A DNA stretch of 64,000 bases from Candidatus Hydrogenedentota bacterium (GTDB lineage Bacteria > Hydrogenedentota > Hydrogenedentia > Hydrogenedentales > JAEUWI01). The notes under the pieces are model-generated. The model saw nothing but the letters and a program-made list of their open reading frames with translations. It was not told the DNA's origin and searched no databases. The stretch spans positions 64,001-128,000 of the forward strand of contig JAXMOL010000009.1 in the NCBI GenBank assembly GCA_034669905.1, written 5' to 3'. How positions within the stretch are numbered: the stretch's first letter is position 1; the number at the start of each line of letters is the position of its first letter. The position numbers and the translations under genes were made by a program. Positions 39,072 through 48,697 of this stretch are shown here, in pieces.

Positions 39072-41939
39072 CTATTCGGGGTCAGCTTCGACCTCATCCA
39101 AAATGCGGCGCACATGGTCGGCTATCACCCGGGGTGAGGTGGGCTTGAAGAGGAATTCCCGGACGCCCGCCTTCATCGCAATCTGCTCATTGACAGTGTC
39201 GCTGAATCCGGTGGCCAGAATGATGGGAAAGCCAGGCCGAATTTCACTGACGCGCCGGGCAAGTTCGAGCCCGGTAAGTTTGGGCATCGTCTGATCGGTA
39301 ATGATGAGATCATAGGCATCAGGATCCTCGCTGAAGGCTTCCAATGCATCCGCACCATTCCGAAATCCCGTGACGGCATAGCCCAGCGTGCCCAGACCGC
39401 GTTTCAGCATGGACACGATCGCTTCCTCATCGTCCACCACGAGAATGCATTCACTTCCGGAGGCCGCCGTGTCGACGCTACTGGCTTCGACGTCCAGCTC
39501 GGTTTCGAAGGGTGCGGCGGGAAAATAAAGGGTGAATCGGGTGCCCTCCCCGAGCGTACTATCGACCACGACCTTGCCCAGGTGGCTCTGTACGATCCCA
39601 TGCACCGTGGCCAACCCCAAGCCCGTGCCTTCGCCGACCCGCTTGGTCGTGAAGTAGGGTTCGAAAATGCGCTCCAGGGTTTTCTGGTCCATCCCATGCC
39701 CCGTATCTTCAATGGAAAGCTGGACGTAATCGCCCACGGATATCCCCTTGGGCTCCCCCTCTGCAATGTCCCGAATGGAGAGATCGACCAGCGAGACGGT
39801 CAGCGTGCCACCGTGCTCCCGCATCGCATGGTAGGCATTGGTACAAAGGTTCATGATGACCTGGTGAATCTCCGTCGAATCGGCCATCACCGGTGCGCAA
39901 CTGCGAATGTCTTGCCGGATTTGAATCGTTGAGGGCAGGGACCCCCGCAATAGTCGGAGCGCCTCCTTCAAGATCGAGGAAATGTGCACCGGCACCCGGT
40001 CCTGCTCGGAGCGCCGTCCAAAGGCCAGGATCTGCTGGACCAGCTCTGAGGCGCGTTTTCCCGCCGCAGAAATCTCACTCAGACTGAAATAGAGTTCCGA
40101 TCGGGGGTCAACCTCTGCCATGGCCAGTTCCGCATAGCCAAGGATGGGGCTCAACATGTTGTTGAAATCGTGGGCAATGCCGCCCGCCAACGTACCGATG
40201 GCCTCCATCTTTTGCGCCTGCCGCAACTTGCGCTCCAGTTCCACTTCGTGGGTCACATTCCGCGCTACGGAAACATAGTTGATGGTCGTGCCACGGCTGT
40301 CCCGGATGGCCGAGATGGTCGCTTCTTCTTCCGTAAGAAGCCCCGATTTCGCGCGGTTGGTGAAACGCCCCGTCCACACATCACCACGTGTCAGCGTTTC
40401 CCAGAGTTCGCGGTAGAACGCCTCGTCGTGTTTACCACTCTGAATCAGTCTGGGGGTCTTCCCAATGGCCTCGGCACGGCTGTAGCCGGTAAGACGCTCA
40501 AACGCAGGGTTGACGTATTGAATCGTGCCATCAGGCTCGGTGATCATAATCGATTCGGCCGCATACTCTACCGCTGCCGCCAGGCGCGATTGGGCCGCTT
40601 CGGAACGTTTGCGCTCAGAGATGTCGCGGGACACGCAGAGCAGACCAACAAATGAGCCCTCGTCGTCGGAGAGGGCGGAGAAGCTCGTTTCGGTGACTAC
40701 CAGATGCCCATCGCGGTGGCGCATCTCCAACTCCATGTTGGACAGGCTCCGCTGAATGGCCTGGGTGCCCCGGTTGAGCGCGGTGTTGAGGAGACTCCGT
40801 ACCGCACCGGCCGATTCATTGGACATGCCCTCTTCAAGTGTCTGAGTCATGGCCTCCGCCACGGTGTAGCCCCGCATCGGAAGGACAGAGGGGCTGATGA
40901 AGGTGGGCATGCCCTCGCTATCGATGGTCCAGATAATATCGGCCACGTTGTCGGCCAGGAGCCGATATCGCTGTTCACCTGCGGCAACCGCCTGCGCTGC
41001 CGCGGTACTCCGTAGAATCTCAGAACATACCGACGAGAGGAGGGAGGCCAGCTCACCATCCTGCTCGGTGAAGGGCTGCGATACCCCCCGAAAGAGTACA
41101 ATAACGGCCGTCAGGGCCTCCTGCTCGCCAAAAAGTGGAATCATCAACATGGATTCCGGCGTCATCGGCTCCCACCCATCGGGCAACAGTTCCGGCGTAT
41201 CCGAAGAGTTGCGCACCAACAGGGGCTTTTTCCCTTTGTTCAGGGAGGCCAGCGTGGTCCCGTTGATCGTGGCGCTGCAGCCTTGCGGGGAACCGTCCGT
41301 TGCCGTTGATTCGGTCGCACACATGCGCCCCTCACGCTCAACGAAAAGTCGACCCCGGTGTGCCCCAATGTCTCCAGTCGCCTCATATAACAAGAGGGGA
41401 AGGAGTTTTTCCAGGTCGGAGCAGGCCGTCAGGCGCCGCACCGATTCCACAATCGTGCGCAGGCGAACGGTGAGGGCTTCCAGCTCCCGGTTGCGGACAC
41501 TGAGGCGCCGTTCGGCTTCGGTCTTGTCTTCGCGAAGCACGATGGTCTCAAAGCATCGCGACAACGTGGCCAACAGGTCCGTCCCGTCAACGGGCTTGCG
41601 CAGGTAATTGTAGGCACCTTCCTGCAGCGCCTGAATCGCGGTCTCTACCGCCGCGTGGCCGGTCATCACCACACACAGGATGTCTTCCCGTTGCGCCTGC
41701 AATTGGGAAATGAGATCTATGCCACTGTCTCGCCCCAAACGGATATCGAGCAGGGCCACGTGGACCAATTGGGATTCGACATGGGCAATCGCATCGGCGG
41801 CGTTGTGGGCCAATGCGACGGCATAGCCTTCAGAATCCAGAATCTCGCCAATCGCGGCAGCGAAATCCCGATCGTCGTCCACGATAAGCACGCGCTTGCG
41901 TGCCCCAGTGTGTGCTACAGCAGTCACAGAGTTAGACAA
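39072..41939 (-). CDS. Cytoplasmic hybrid histidine kinase (REC-GAF-PAS-PAS-HisKA-HATPase-REC)
   Basis: N-terminal LIVDDD...LLDI; QKMEAIGTLAGGIAHDFNN; NLCTNA; DTGHG; GTGLGL; C-terminal ITDQTMP. Confidence 0.92.
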   Translation of the reverse strand: MSNSVTAVAHTGARKRVLIVDDDRDFAAAIGEILDSEGYAVALAHNAADAIAHVESQLVHVALLDIRLGRDSGIDLISQLQAQREDILCVVMTGHAAVETAIQALQEGAYNYLRKPVDGTDLLATLSRCFETIVLREDKTEAERRLSVRNRELEALTVRLRTIVESVRRLTACSDLEKLLPLLLYEATGDIGAHRGRLFVEREGRMCATESTATDGSPQGCSATINGTTLASLNKGKKPLLVRNSSDTPELLPDGWEPMTPESMLMIPLFGEQEALTAVIVLFRGVSQPFTEQDGELASLLSSVCSEILRSTAAAQAVAAGEQRYRLLADNVADIIWTIDSEGMPTFISPSVLPMRGYTVAEAMTQTLEEGMSNESAGAVRSLLNTALNRGTQAIQRSLSNMELEMRHRDGHLVVTETSFSALSDDEGSFVGLLCVSRDISERKRSEAAQSRLAAAVEYAAESIMITEPDGTIQYVNPAFERLTGYSRAEAIGKTPRLIQSGKHDEAFYRELWETLTRGDVWTGRFTNRAKSGLLTEEEATISAIRDSRGTTINYVSVARNVTHEVELERKLRQAQKMEAIGTLAGGIAHDFNNMLSPILGYAELAMAEVDPRSELYFSLSEISAAGKRASELVQQILAFGRRSEQDRVPVHISSILKEALRLLRGSLPSTIQIRQDIRSCAPVMADSTEIHQVIMNLCTNAYHAMREHGGTLTVSLVDLSIRDIAEGEPKGISVGDYVQLSIEDTGHGMDQKTLERIFEPYFTTKRVGEGTGLGLATVHGIVQSHLGKVVVDSTLGEGTRFTLYFPAAPFETELDVEASSVDTAASGSECILVVDDEEAIVSMLKRGLGTLGYAVTGFRNGADALEAFSEDPDAYDLIITDQTMPKLTGLELARRVSEIRPGFPIILATGFSDTVNEQIAMKAGVREFLFKPTSPRVIADHVRRILDEVEADPE

Positions 41940-41959
41940 CCTCTAACGTTCCATTCAGG

Positions 41960-42694
41960 TCACGCAGTATGGGAAGGGGTTAGTGTACGCACAAGATGCA
42001 TTAAGGCTACCATATCGAGGGGTTTTTCAAGTATACCCGCGATTGGGTGCTGTCGCAGGGCCACTAGATTGGCCTCTTCTTCTTTCGTATACCCCGTGAC
42101 GATAAGCGTGGGAACGTGGTGCTCCTGCCGCAGCAATTCATCATATACTGCCGTACCATCCAGCACCGGCATACGTAAGTCCAATATAAGCAGGTCTATC
42201 GAACCCGCCGCAAGATGTTCCAGGGCCTGGGCGCCATTGTTCGCCAGCCGCACGGAGTACCCCGTGGATTGCAACAACTCCTCCAGGGAGTGGCTGAAAT
42301 CCTGGTCATCATCCGCCACCAGGATGACCCCCACGGAAGCACAACCCTTCACCAGATTCAGCACGGCCTCTATTTCCAGCGGTTTCTCCATCACCGCCCA
42401 CGCCCCGTTGTCTTCCGCCTCTTTCATGAGCGACTCCAGCCTGAATCCCGTCATCATCACCACCTTGGAGTTCGGTTTCATTGCTTTGATTTCGAGGAAA
42501 CTCTCCACCCCGTTCCGCTTCGGTAACCTGACGTCCATGAAAGAAAGATCGTAGTCCTTCTTTCGGAAGCACGAAACGGCCTCCTCCCCTGTGTGACACA
42601 AGTCTACCTGGCAGCCTTCCGACTCCAGTACATCGGTCAGTGCCTCAGCAAAGTCTACATCATCATCGACCACCAACACACTAAGTGACTTCAT
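41960..42694 (-). CDS. Tandem-receiver response regulator with no output domain
   Basis: Two REC domains: VVDDD..FMDV..KP and VADDD..ILDL..KP. Confidence 0.88.
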   Translation of the reverse strand: MKSLSVLVVDDDVDFAEALTDVLESEGCQVDLCHTGEEAVSCFRKKDYDLSFMDVRLPKRNGVESFLEIKAMKPNSKVVMMTGFRLESLMKEAEDNGAWAVMEKPLEIEAVLNLVKGCASVGVILVADDDQDFSHSLEELLQSTGYSVRLANNGAQALEHLAAGSIDLLILDLRMPVLDGTAVYDELLRQEHHVPTLIVTGYTKEEEANLVALRQHPIAGILEKPLDMVALMHLVRTLTPSHTA

Positions 42695-42923
42695 ACCATG
42701 CCTCCATACCTTATAGCATAGCTGTTTTTGCGGGATTATCCAAGTATGAAAGACGTGAATCGGGGAATGCCGGGCGCGGATCAGGTCGATTTCCGCTCTT
42801 CCTGCCATGCGGGGCGGTCGAGAAATTGGAGTCCGCTCGGCCGGACAGGGGGTGCACACCTTCCAGGAGGAGCGACAGCCCGTTCATTACGCCCCAATTG
42901 CTCCCGGTACCGACGTGAACAAC

Positions 42924-43739
42924 CTAACCCAGCGCCACGTCCAGCATCATCATGGTCGTGAATCCGGTCATGGTGGCCAGCGTGACCAGATCGATATTCT
43001 TCTCGTTCGCCTGAGACTCTGGAACGAGCTCTTCGATGACCACAAAAATCATAGCTCCGGCGGCAAAGCTGAGGGCGTAGGGGAGTACATTCTCCATGTA
43101 GATCACAAAGGCCGCCCCGATAACCCCGGCGACGGGTTCCACCATGCCCGACGCCTGGCCAAAGAGGAAGCTCTTGGCCCGCCCCATCCCCTCACGCCGC
43201 AGGGGCAAGGAGACGGCGGCCCCCTCGGGAAAATTCTGGAGGCCGATCCCGATGGCCAGCGCAATCGCGGCACCGAGGGTCGCCGAGGAAAGCCCGGCGG
43301 CGACCGCACCGAAGGCCACACCGATCGCGAGACCCTCCGGGATGTTGTGCAGCGTGATGGCGAGCACGAGCAGGGTACTCCGTTGCCAGGAAGTCTTTAT
43401 CCCCTCGCTCTTATCGACGGCGAAACCCGGGTGAAGGTGGGGGAGCAGCCGGTCGGTTACCCGCATGAAAAAACCACCGCCCATAAATCCGACGGCGGCG
43501 GTCAACCACGGGATTTGCCCCAACTCCCGGGACATTTCAATGCCCGGTGCGAGTAGCGACCAGAAGCTTGCGGCGATCATTACCCCCGCTGCGAATCCGA
43601 GCATGGAGTCCATCAATCGGGCGTTAACGCTTCGCGTAAAGAAAACGACGGCGGCCCCGGCCGCTGTAACACCCCAGGTAAAAAGCGTCGCCAACAAGGC
43701 CTGGGTGACGGGACTATACGGTGCGAGGAAATCGATCAT
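42924..43739 (-). CDS. ZIP family (GufA-like) metal transporter
   Basis: FAAGVM, HNIPEGLAIG, QNFPEG, AAGAMIFV. Confidence 0.92.
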   Translation of the reverse strand: MIDFLAPYSPVTQALLATLFTWGVTAAGAAVVFFTRSVNARLMDSMLGFAAGVMIAASFWSLLAPGIEMSRELGQIPWLTAAVGFMGGGFFMRVTDRLLPHLHPGFAVDKSEGIKTSWQRSTLLVLAITLHNIPEGLAIGVAFGAVAAGLSSATLGAAIALAIGIGLQNFPEGAAVSLPLRREGMGRAKSFLFGQASGMVEPVAGVIGAAFVIYMENVLPYALSFAAGAMIFVVIEELVPESQANEKNIDLVTLATMTGFTTMMMLDVALG

Positions 43740-44094
43740 GCCAAGTCTGTCTTTCTACTTCCAAAAACGCGCGATCCTCCGGTGGGGCGTTTCGGTTGGG
43801 ATACCCGGAATGTTGTTTTGCCCTTGCCTCGGAGGACGAATGGGCGTCGTTGATGATAGCAATACGCCGGTATCACCCACAACCGGAAAGTCCACCCGCA
43901 CCGGGTTTCGACGTGTTCTTTCGGGTTGCGGAATCGCTTCAAAAAGGGGGGCTCGGATAGAACCACCCGCATGGGCCGTGTTAGATTGTAGGTTGATGAC
44001 GCACGTGTTCCGTGCATTTCGCACCAACCATTGGCGGCTATCCTCAATCGGGTTGGACCCGGTGTCCAGCGAGCCCCAAAGAAAAGAGGGTCTT

Positions 44095-46440
44095 ATGCCC
44101 ATTCGATTTGCCTGTATTCTTGCATTGGGTACCTTGCTGGTGCTTGCCCCGGCCTCGGCCGACATTGCCCAGGCCGACTATGGCGCGATTGTGGCCGCGC
44201 GCAATGCGGAAAAGGAAGCCCTGCTGGCCCAGAGCCCTTTCCTCACCCTGCGCAATGACCTCTTCGCCCGATACGTCCGGGATCCGGAGGCCCCCGTCAT
44301 GGAGGGCGATGTGGTGGTTGATGGGACCTGGGTGATTCTTCAGCCCCGCCCGGATCATCCCGTCGCCGCAAAAAGCGCTTTCCTGCTGAGTACCTATTTT
44401 CAGACGGTCATGGGGCTGGAAATTCCCGTAAAAGCGGAGATCGCCGACCGCAAGCGCTATGGTGGCATCATCGCCCTGGAAAGCCAGGGTGGGGGAGAGG
44501 AAGCCATCAAAGAGAGCTTCACCGTCCGTGTGGCCCCAACGGAAATCCGGGTCGCGGGTGTGGATACCGCAGGACTCCGCGATGGCACCGTGCGCCTCAT
44601 CGACCTCTTCGGTTTTCGCATGGCACCCCGTCTCCAACCGCAAGATATTACCTATACCCCCCGGATTCCCATGCGCCGCTCCAGCAGTGTGCCCAACTAT
44701 GATATGACCATCCTCCTGGGGAGCAATGCCGTCGGCGTCGGGGGCGGCGAGCTCTACGCCTTCTCCACGTCAGAAGCGATTCCGGAATTGGCCGTACGGC
44801 GCGTCCCGGGCTCCCTCGAAGGCCTCGCAGCAGCCGCCAAAAACGCAGCGGATAATGGCCTCGATGCCCACGCCCATTTCGGTATTCGGACCAAGTTTCC
44901 CGAGGACGACCCGGTACTGCTGGCCCACCCCGAGATTCGCGGGGCCCTCACGTGGAGTGCCGATGGCGAATACAATCTGTGCACCGAACACCCCATGGTG
45001 AAGCAATACCTCCAGGAATCCATGGAAGAAGTCTTCCGGGGCGCGCCGGATCTGCAGGGCATCGAAATCATCATTGGCGGCGAAAACTTTTACCACTGCT
45101 TCATGCGACCCTATCCCCAGGTGAAGGGCCACACCAATTGCGAACGCTGCGAAGCCCTCGGACCCGATGTCGTGGTTTCCAACCTGGTAAACGGCCTGGC
45201 TGAGGCCGCGCGGCGGGCCAATCCCCATGCCGTGGTGGAGGCCTGGCCCTATTCCGCTGTTTCGCTCTGGGCGTCCGACGCCTACCAGAGTGGCCTCATC
45301 GCGCGCCTGAACCCCGGCACCGCCATCCTCACGGAAGCCGCCAAAGACACCCTCCTCGACAAGCCCTTTGGCATCAAGAAACTGCTATGGGATTACAGTA
45401 TCGACCTTACCGGACCCAGTGAGCGGGCCATGCGCCAGATTGAATTGTGCAACGAGCGGGGTATTCCAACCACCGTCTTGAGCATGTATGAAATGAGCTT
45501 CGAAGCCGCCCTGCTCCCCGAAATCCCCTGTATGGACCGCTGGGCGGCCCGGGCAGACGGCCTGGCCGGTTCCGGCGCCGATGGGGCCTACCTCTGGGAA
45601 ATGGGGCCCTACTACGGGGGCTTTTCCGCCGAGGTCTACAAACACTTCATGTGGAATCCCGCGCCCCCCCAGGAAGAACTGCTGAATAAACTCGCTGCCC
45701 GTGTCGCCGGCTTCCAGGCCGCGCCCCACCTCCGTGAAGCCTGGCGCAACGTTTCCGAAGCCATCGGGTGGAGTCCGGAGATTCCTTCCTACTACAAAGG
45801 CCCCCTCTACATCGGCCCCGCCCAGCCCATGGTGGCCGACAAAAACGCCGAAATCGACGAGCTCTTCGATGGCTACTACCTCTTCCTCGCCGAGATGAAG
45901 CCTTCCGAAGGACTCAAATCCCACCCGACCTATTTCGTGGACGCCTCCGGGGGGAAGCAGGCCGAGGCCTTCAGCAAGTCCTACGACAAGATGAACGAAT
46001 ACCTGGTGAAAGCCAACGCCGCCATTGCCAAAGCCACCGACCTCGTGCCTGCGCAAAACACGGTGCTCTTTCAATCCCAGGCCTACCCTATTCAATGGCT
46101 CTACCACTCCGTGCGCACCCAGGCCAACTTCAACCGCTCCTGCCTGATTCGCGATGAACTGATTCCCCTCTCGGAGGCTGCCCCCTTAGACGCCGCACAG
46201 AAAGCCCGGGCCACCGAACTCTACACCCAATGGCGGGCCGTCTTAAGCGACGAACTCGAAAACGCCCGCGCCGCCGCTCCCGTCGCCCGCGCCGACGTGC
46301 GCCTGGACTGTTACTATCGCGGCGACCATATGTTCAACCACCTCTGGGACATGGTCGATGCCAAGATTGTCTTGCTGCAAGAAGAACTCGACGTCTTCCT
46401 GCCCGCCGTCGCCAAGCGCTGTGGCATTGGGGCGTCATGA
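44095..46440 (+). CDS. Secreted hypothetical protein, possibly glycoside-hydrolase-like
   Basis: Signal peptide after a GAGGG RBS; 'ESFTVRV...IRVAG...GLRDG' resembles the GH20/GH67 N-terminal domain. The ORF-track start at 43465 overlaps the ZIP gene. Confidence 0.6.
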   Translation: MPIRFACILALGTLLVLAPASADIAQADYGAIVAARNAEKEALLAQSPFLTLRNDLFARYVRDPEAPVMEGDVVVDGTWVILQPRPDHPVAAKSAFLLSTYFQTVMGLEIPVKAEIADRKRYGGIIALESQGGGEEAIKESFTVRVAPTEIRVAGVDTAGLRDGTVRLIDLFGFRMAPRLQPQDITYTPRIPMRRSSSVPNYDMTILLGSNAVGVGGGELYAFSTSEAIPELAVRRVPGSLEGLAAAAKNAADNGLDAHAHFGIRTKFPEDDPVLLAHPEIRGALTWSADGEYNLCTEHPMVKQYLQESMEEVFRGAPDLQGIEIIIGGENFYHCFMRPYPQVKGHTNCERCEALGPDVVVSNLVNGLAEAARRANPHAVVEAWPYSAVSLWASDAYQSGLIARLNPGTAILTEAAKDTLLDKPFGIKKLLWDYSIDLTGPSERAMRQIELCNERGIPTTVLSMYEMSFEAALLPEIPCMDRWAARADGLAGSGADGAYLWEMGPYYGGFSAEVYKHFMWNPAPPQEELLNKLAARVAGFQAAPHLREAWRNVSEAIGWSPEIPSYYKGPLYIGPAQPMVADKNAEIDELFDGYYLFLAEMKPSEGLKSHPTYFVDASGGKQAEAFSKSYDKMNEYLVKANAAIAKATDLVPAQNTVLFQSQAYPIQWLYHSVRTQANFNRSCLIRDELIPLSEAAPLDAAQKARATELYTQWRAVLSDELENARAAAPVARADVRLDCYYRGDHMFNHLWDMVDAKIVLLQEELDVFLPAVAKRCGIGAS

Positions 46441-46667
46441 GCTGGGCCTTAGCCCCCTCACACCGCCCGGTGCGGGCGTGGCAAGGTGATGTCGTGCGCC
46501 ACGATCTCAACCCCGGAAAATCTACTAATCACGCGCCTTGCATCACGTGCCCTGTGGAGCCCATCTCAAGCCTTATGTCGACCAGGTCGTAGACGCGTCG
46601 TGGCGGGAATGGTCAACCCCCTGTTGATGGTGTGCAACGAGAGTGCATCTCTGAAACGTCGAGACAC

Positions 46668-46700
46668 AAAAAAGGACCCACACCATCGGCGTAAGTCCTT
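46668..46700 (-). terminator. Intrinsic terminator of the tRNA
   Basis: Minus strand AAGGACTTACGCC-GAT-GGTGTGGGTCCTT then TTTT. Confidence 0.75.
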
Positions 46701-46708
46701 GATATGAT

Positions 46709-46785
46709 TGGTGGGCCCTGCTGGACTCGAACCAGCGACCAAGTGATTATGAGTCACCTGCTCTAACCAACTGAGCTAAGGGCCC
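46709..46785 (-). tRNA. ileX: tRNA-Ile2 (anticodon CAT, lysidine type)
   Basis: GGGCCCTTAGCTCAGTTGGTTAGAGCAGGTGACTCATAATCACTTGGTCGCTGGTTCGAGTCCAGCAGGGCCCACCA; cloverleaf with encoded CCA; closely resembles ileX and lies downstream of rpoD. Confidence 0.9.
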
Positions 46786-46806
46786 GCGATGTTTCAGCGG
46801 GGGCTG

Positions 46807-46836
46807 ATCATACTGGGTTGGGCGATAGAAACGCAA
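46807..46836 (-). promoter_or_regulatory. Putative sigma70 promoter of the tRNA
   Basis: Minus strand TTGCGT-18 bp-TATGAT. Confidence 0.5.
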
Positions 46837-46867
46837 GGGCCGAATGAAGAATTTCCTCATTCGGCCC
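46837..46867 (-). terminator. Hairpin/terminator after rpoD
   Basis: GGGCCGAATGA-9 nt-TCATTCGGCCC, a perfect 11-bp stem. Confidence 0.65.
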
Positions 46868-46890
46868 GTGGATTTGGTCTGTTGCAATGC

Positions 46891-48654
46891 CTACTGCATG
46901 AGGCTCCAGTCGAGGAAGGTCTTCAGCTCGCGGGAGCGCGTGGGATGACGCATCTTCCGCAGGGCCTTGGCCTCTATCTGGCGCACGCGTTCGCGGGTTA
47001 CGTTGAACACGCTGCCCACTTCTTCCAGGGTACGGGGGTAGCCGTCGCCCAGGCCGAAGCGGAGGCGCAGTACCTTTTCTTCCCGCTCCGTGAGGGAGCC
47101 GAGGACTTCGTCGAGGCGCTCCTGGAAGACGCTGAAGGCCGTGGCATTCGCCGGGCTTTCGGCACCCTTGTCTTCGATGAAATCACCGAAGCTCGAGTCG
47201 CCTTCGTCACCCACGGGGGTTTCGAGGCTGATGGCTTCCTGGGCAATCTTGAGAATGGAGCGGACCTTGTCGGCCGACATTTCCATCTCTTCCGCAATCT
47301 CTTCCGGGCTGGGCTCGCGACCCAGTTCCTGGACGAGGCGGCGGCTGGTGCGGACGAGTTTGTTGATGGACTCGATCATGTGCACGGGGATACGGATGGT
47401 CCGGGCCTGGTCGGCAATGGACCGGGTGATGGCCTGACGAATCCACCACGTGGCATAGGTGGAGAACTTATAGCCACGCTGGTATTCGAACTTGTCCACC
47501 GCCTTCATGAGGCCGATGTTGCCTTCCTGGATCAGATCGAGGAAAGACATGCCGCGGTTGGTGTATTTCTTACCAATACTCACCACCAGACGGAGGTTGG
47601 CTTCCACCAGCTCCATCTTGGCGTTGTAGATGAGCTCTTCGCGGTGTTTGATGACGTCAATCAGCTCGCTGATTTCGTCGGCATTGAGCTTGGCGTCGCT
47701 CTCGATCTGATCGATCTTGCGCTGCGCGATGGTCAGGCGCCGTTCGGCATCAAAGATCTGCTCCTTCTCCACGTTCAGCTTTTCAGCGACCGCGGCGGAG
47801 CGACGGATCTTGACCGCCATGTCATGGACTTCTTCCGAGCCAAAGCCGACTTCCCGTTCTACCCGATCAATTTCGTCGCGGCAGGCGGAGATACGGCGCT
47901 TAAGGCCCTTGATCTTACGTCCGATCTTAGAGATTTCTTTTGACTTGAGCTTGAACTTGCAAATGATGTCAATCTGCTCGGTGCGGTACTCGGCAATTTT
48001 CTTGTCGATATTGGCCCGGCTCTTTTCCGAGAGACCCGTGCGGCGGGAGCGTTTGTCCTGCGCGCCGATGGATTCGTCCAGTTCGACGATTTGTTCCATC
48101 AGATCGGGGAGGTCGTTCACAAAGCGGTGCTGCACCCGGGTGTCTTCATCTTTGCAGATCTGGGCGTAGTTCAACCGGCCAGCGAGCAGCCGCGCACCGA
48201 TCATCTGCACTTCTTTCAGGGTGTAGGGCGTGCCCAGGATGACGTCATTGAGGTCATCTTCGGCGGCTTCAATGCGCTTGGCAATGGCCACTTCCTGATC
48301 TTTGGTCAGCAGGGGCACCCGGCCCATTTCCCGCAGATACATGCGGACGGGGTCGTCGGCCCGTTCCAGACGGGTATGGGCGGCCTCGCGACGAAGTTCG
48401 GCCTTCTTGGCGATCTTCTCTTTGCGCTTTTCCTCGGCCTTCTTCTCGGAATCGATCTTCAGATCGTCCACGATTTCGACGTTGGTTTCGCTCAAGGCAA
48501 CCATGACATCATCGATCTGCGCCGGCGTGGCATCGTTGGGAAGGATCTCGCCCAGCTCGTCATAGGTGAGCTTTCCGGTTTCCTTCGCCCGTTCGATGGC
48601 CTCCGTCGTCTTCTGATCGGTAATGATCGATTTCTTTTTCTTCGCTACGGCCAT
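46891..48654 (-). CDS. rpoD: RNA polymerase primary sigma factor
   Basis: [72 protein letters not shown]. Confidence 0.97.
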   Translation of the reverse strand: MAVAKKKKSIITDQKTTEAIERAKETGKLTYDELGEILPNDATPAQIDDVMVALSETNVEIVDDLKIDSEKKAEEKRKEKIAKKAELRREAAHTRLERADDPVRMYLREMGRVPLLTKDQEVAIAKRIEAAEDDLNDVILGTPYTLKEVQMIGARLLAGRLNYAQICKDEDTRVQHRFVNDLPDLMEQIVELDESIGAQDKRSRRTGLSEKSRANIDKKIAEYRTEQIDIICKFKLKSKEISKIGRKIKGLKRRISACRDEIDRVEREVGFGSEEVHDMAVKIRRSAAVAEKLNVEKEQIFDAERRLTIAQRKIDQIESDAKLNADEISELIDVIKHREELIYNAKMELVEANLRLVVSIGKKYTNRGMSFLDLIQEGNIGLMKAVDKFEYQRGYKFSTYATWWIRQAITRSIADQARTIRIPVHMIESINKLVRTSRRLVQELGREPSPEEIAEEMEMSADKVRSILKIAQEAISLETPVGDEGDSSFGDFIEDKGAESPANATAFSVFQERLDEVLGSLTEREEKVLRLRFGLGDGYPRTLEEVGSVFNVTRERVRQIEAKALRKMRHPTRSRELKTFLDWSLMQ

Positions 48655-48697
48655 GGCTAACCCTCGATTGGTCCTGCTGGTCGGTGTCGCGGCAACA

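Noticed and set aside
43740..44094. Possible metal or c-di-GMP riboswitch upstream of the ZIP gene
   Set aside because: Some pairing potential (TCCTCCG...CGGAGGA), but I could not match the yybP-ykoY, NiCo or c-di-GMP consensus; needs an Infernal scan.
46690..46730. tRNA 3' end as a possible integration (att) site
   Set aside because: No integrase in the window and no duplicate of the tRNA 3' end noticed; the adjacent sequence is explained by the terminator.
46789..47943. 384-aa ORF antisense to rpoD
   Set aside because: Shadow frame of a highly conserved gene.
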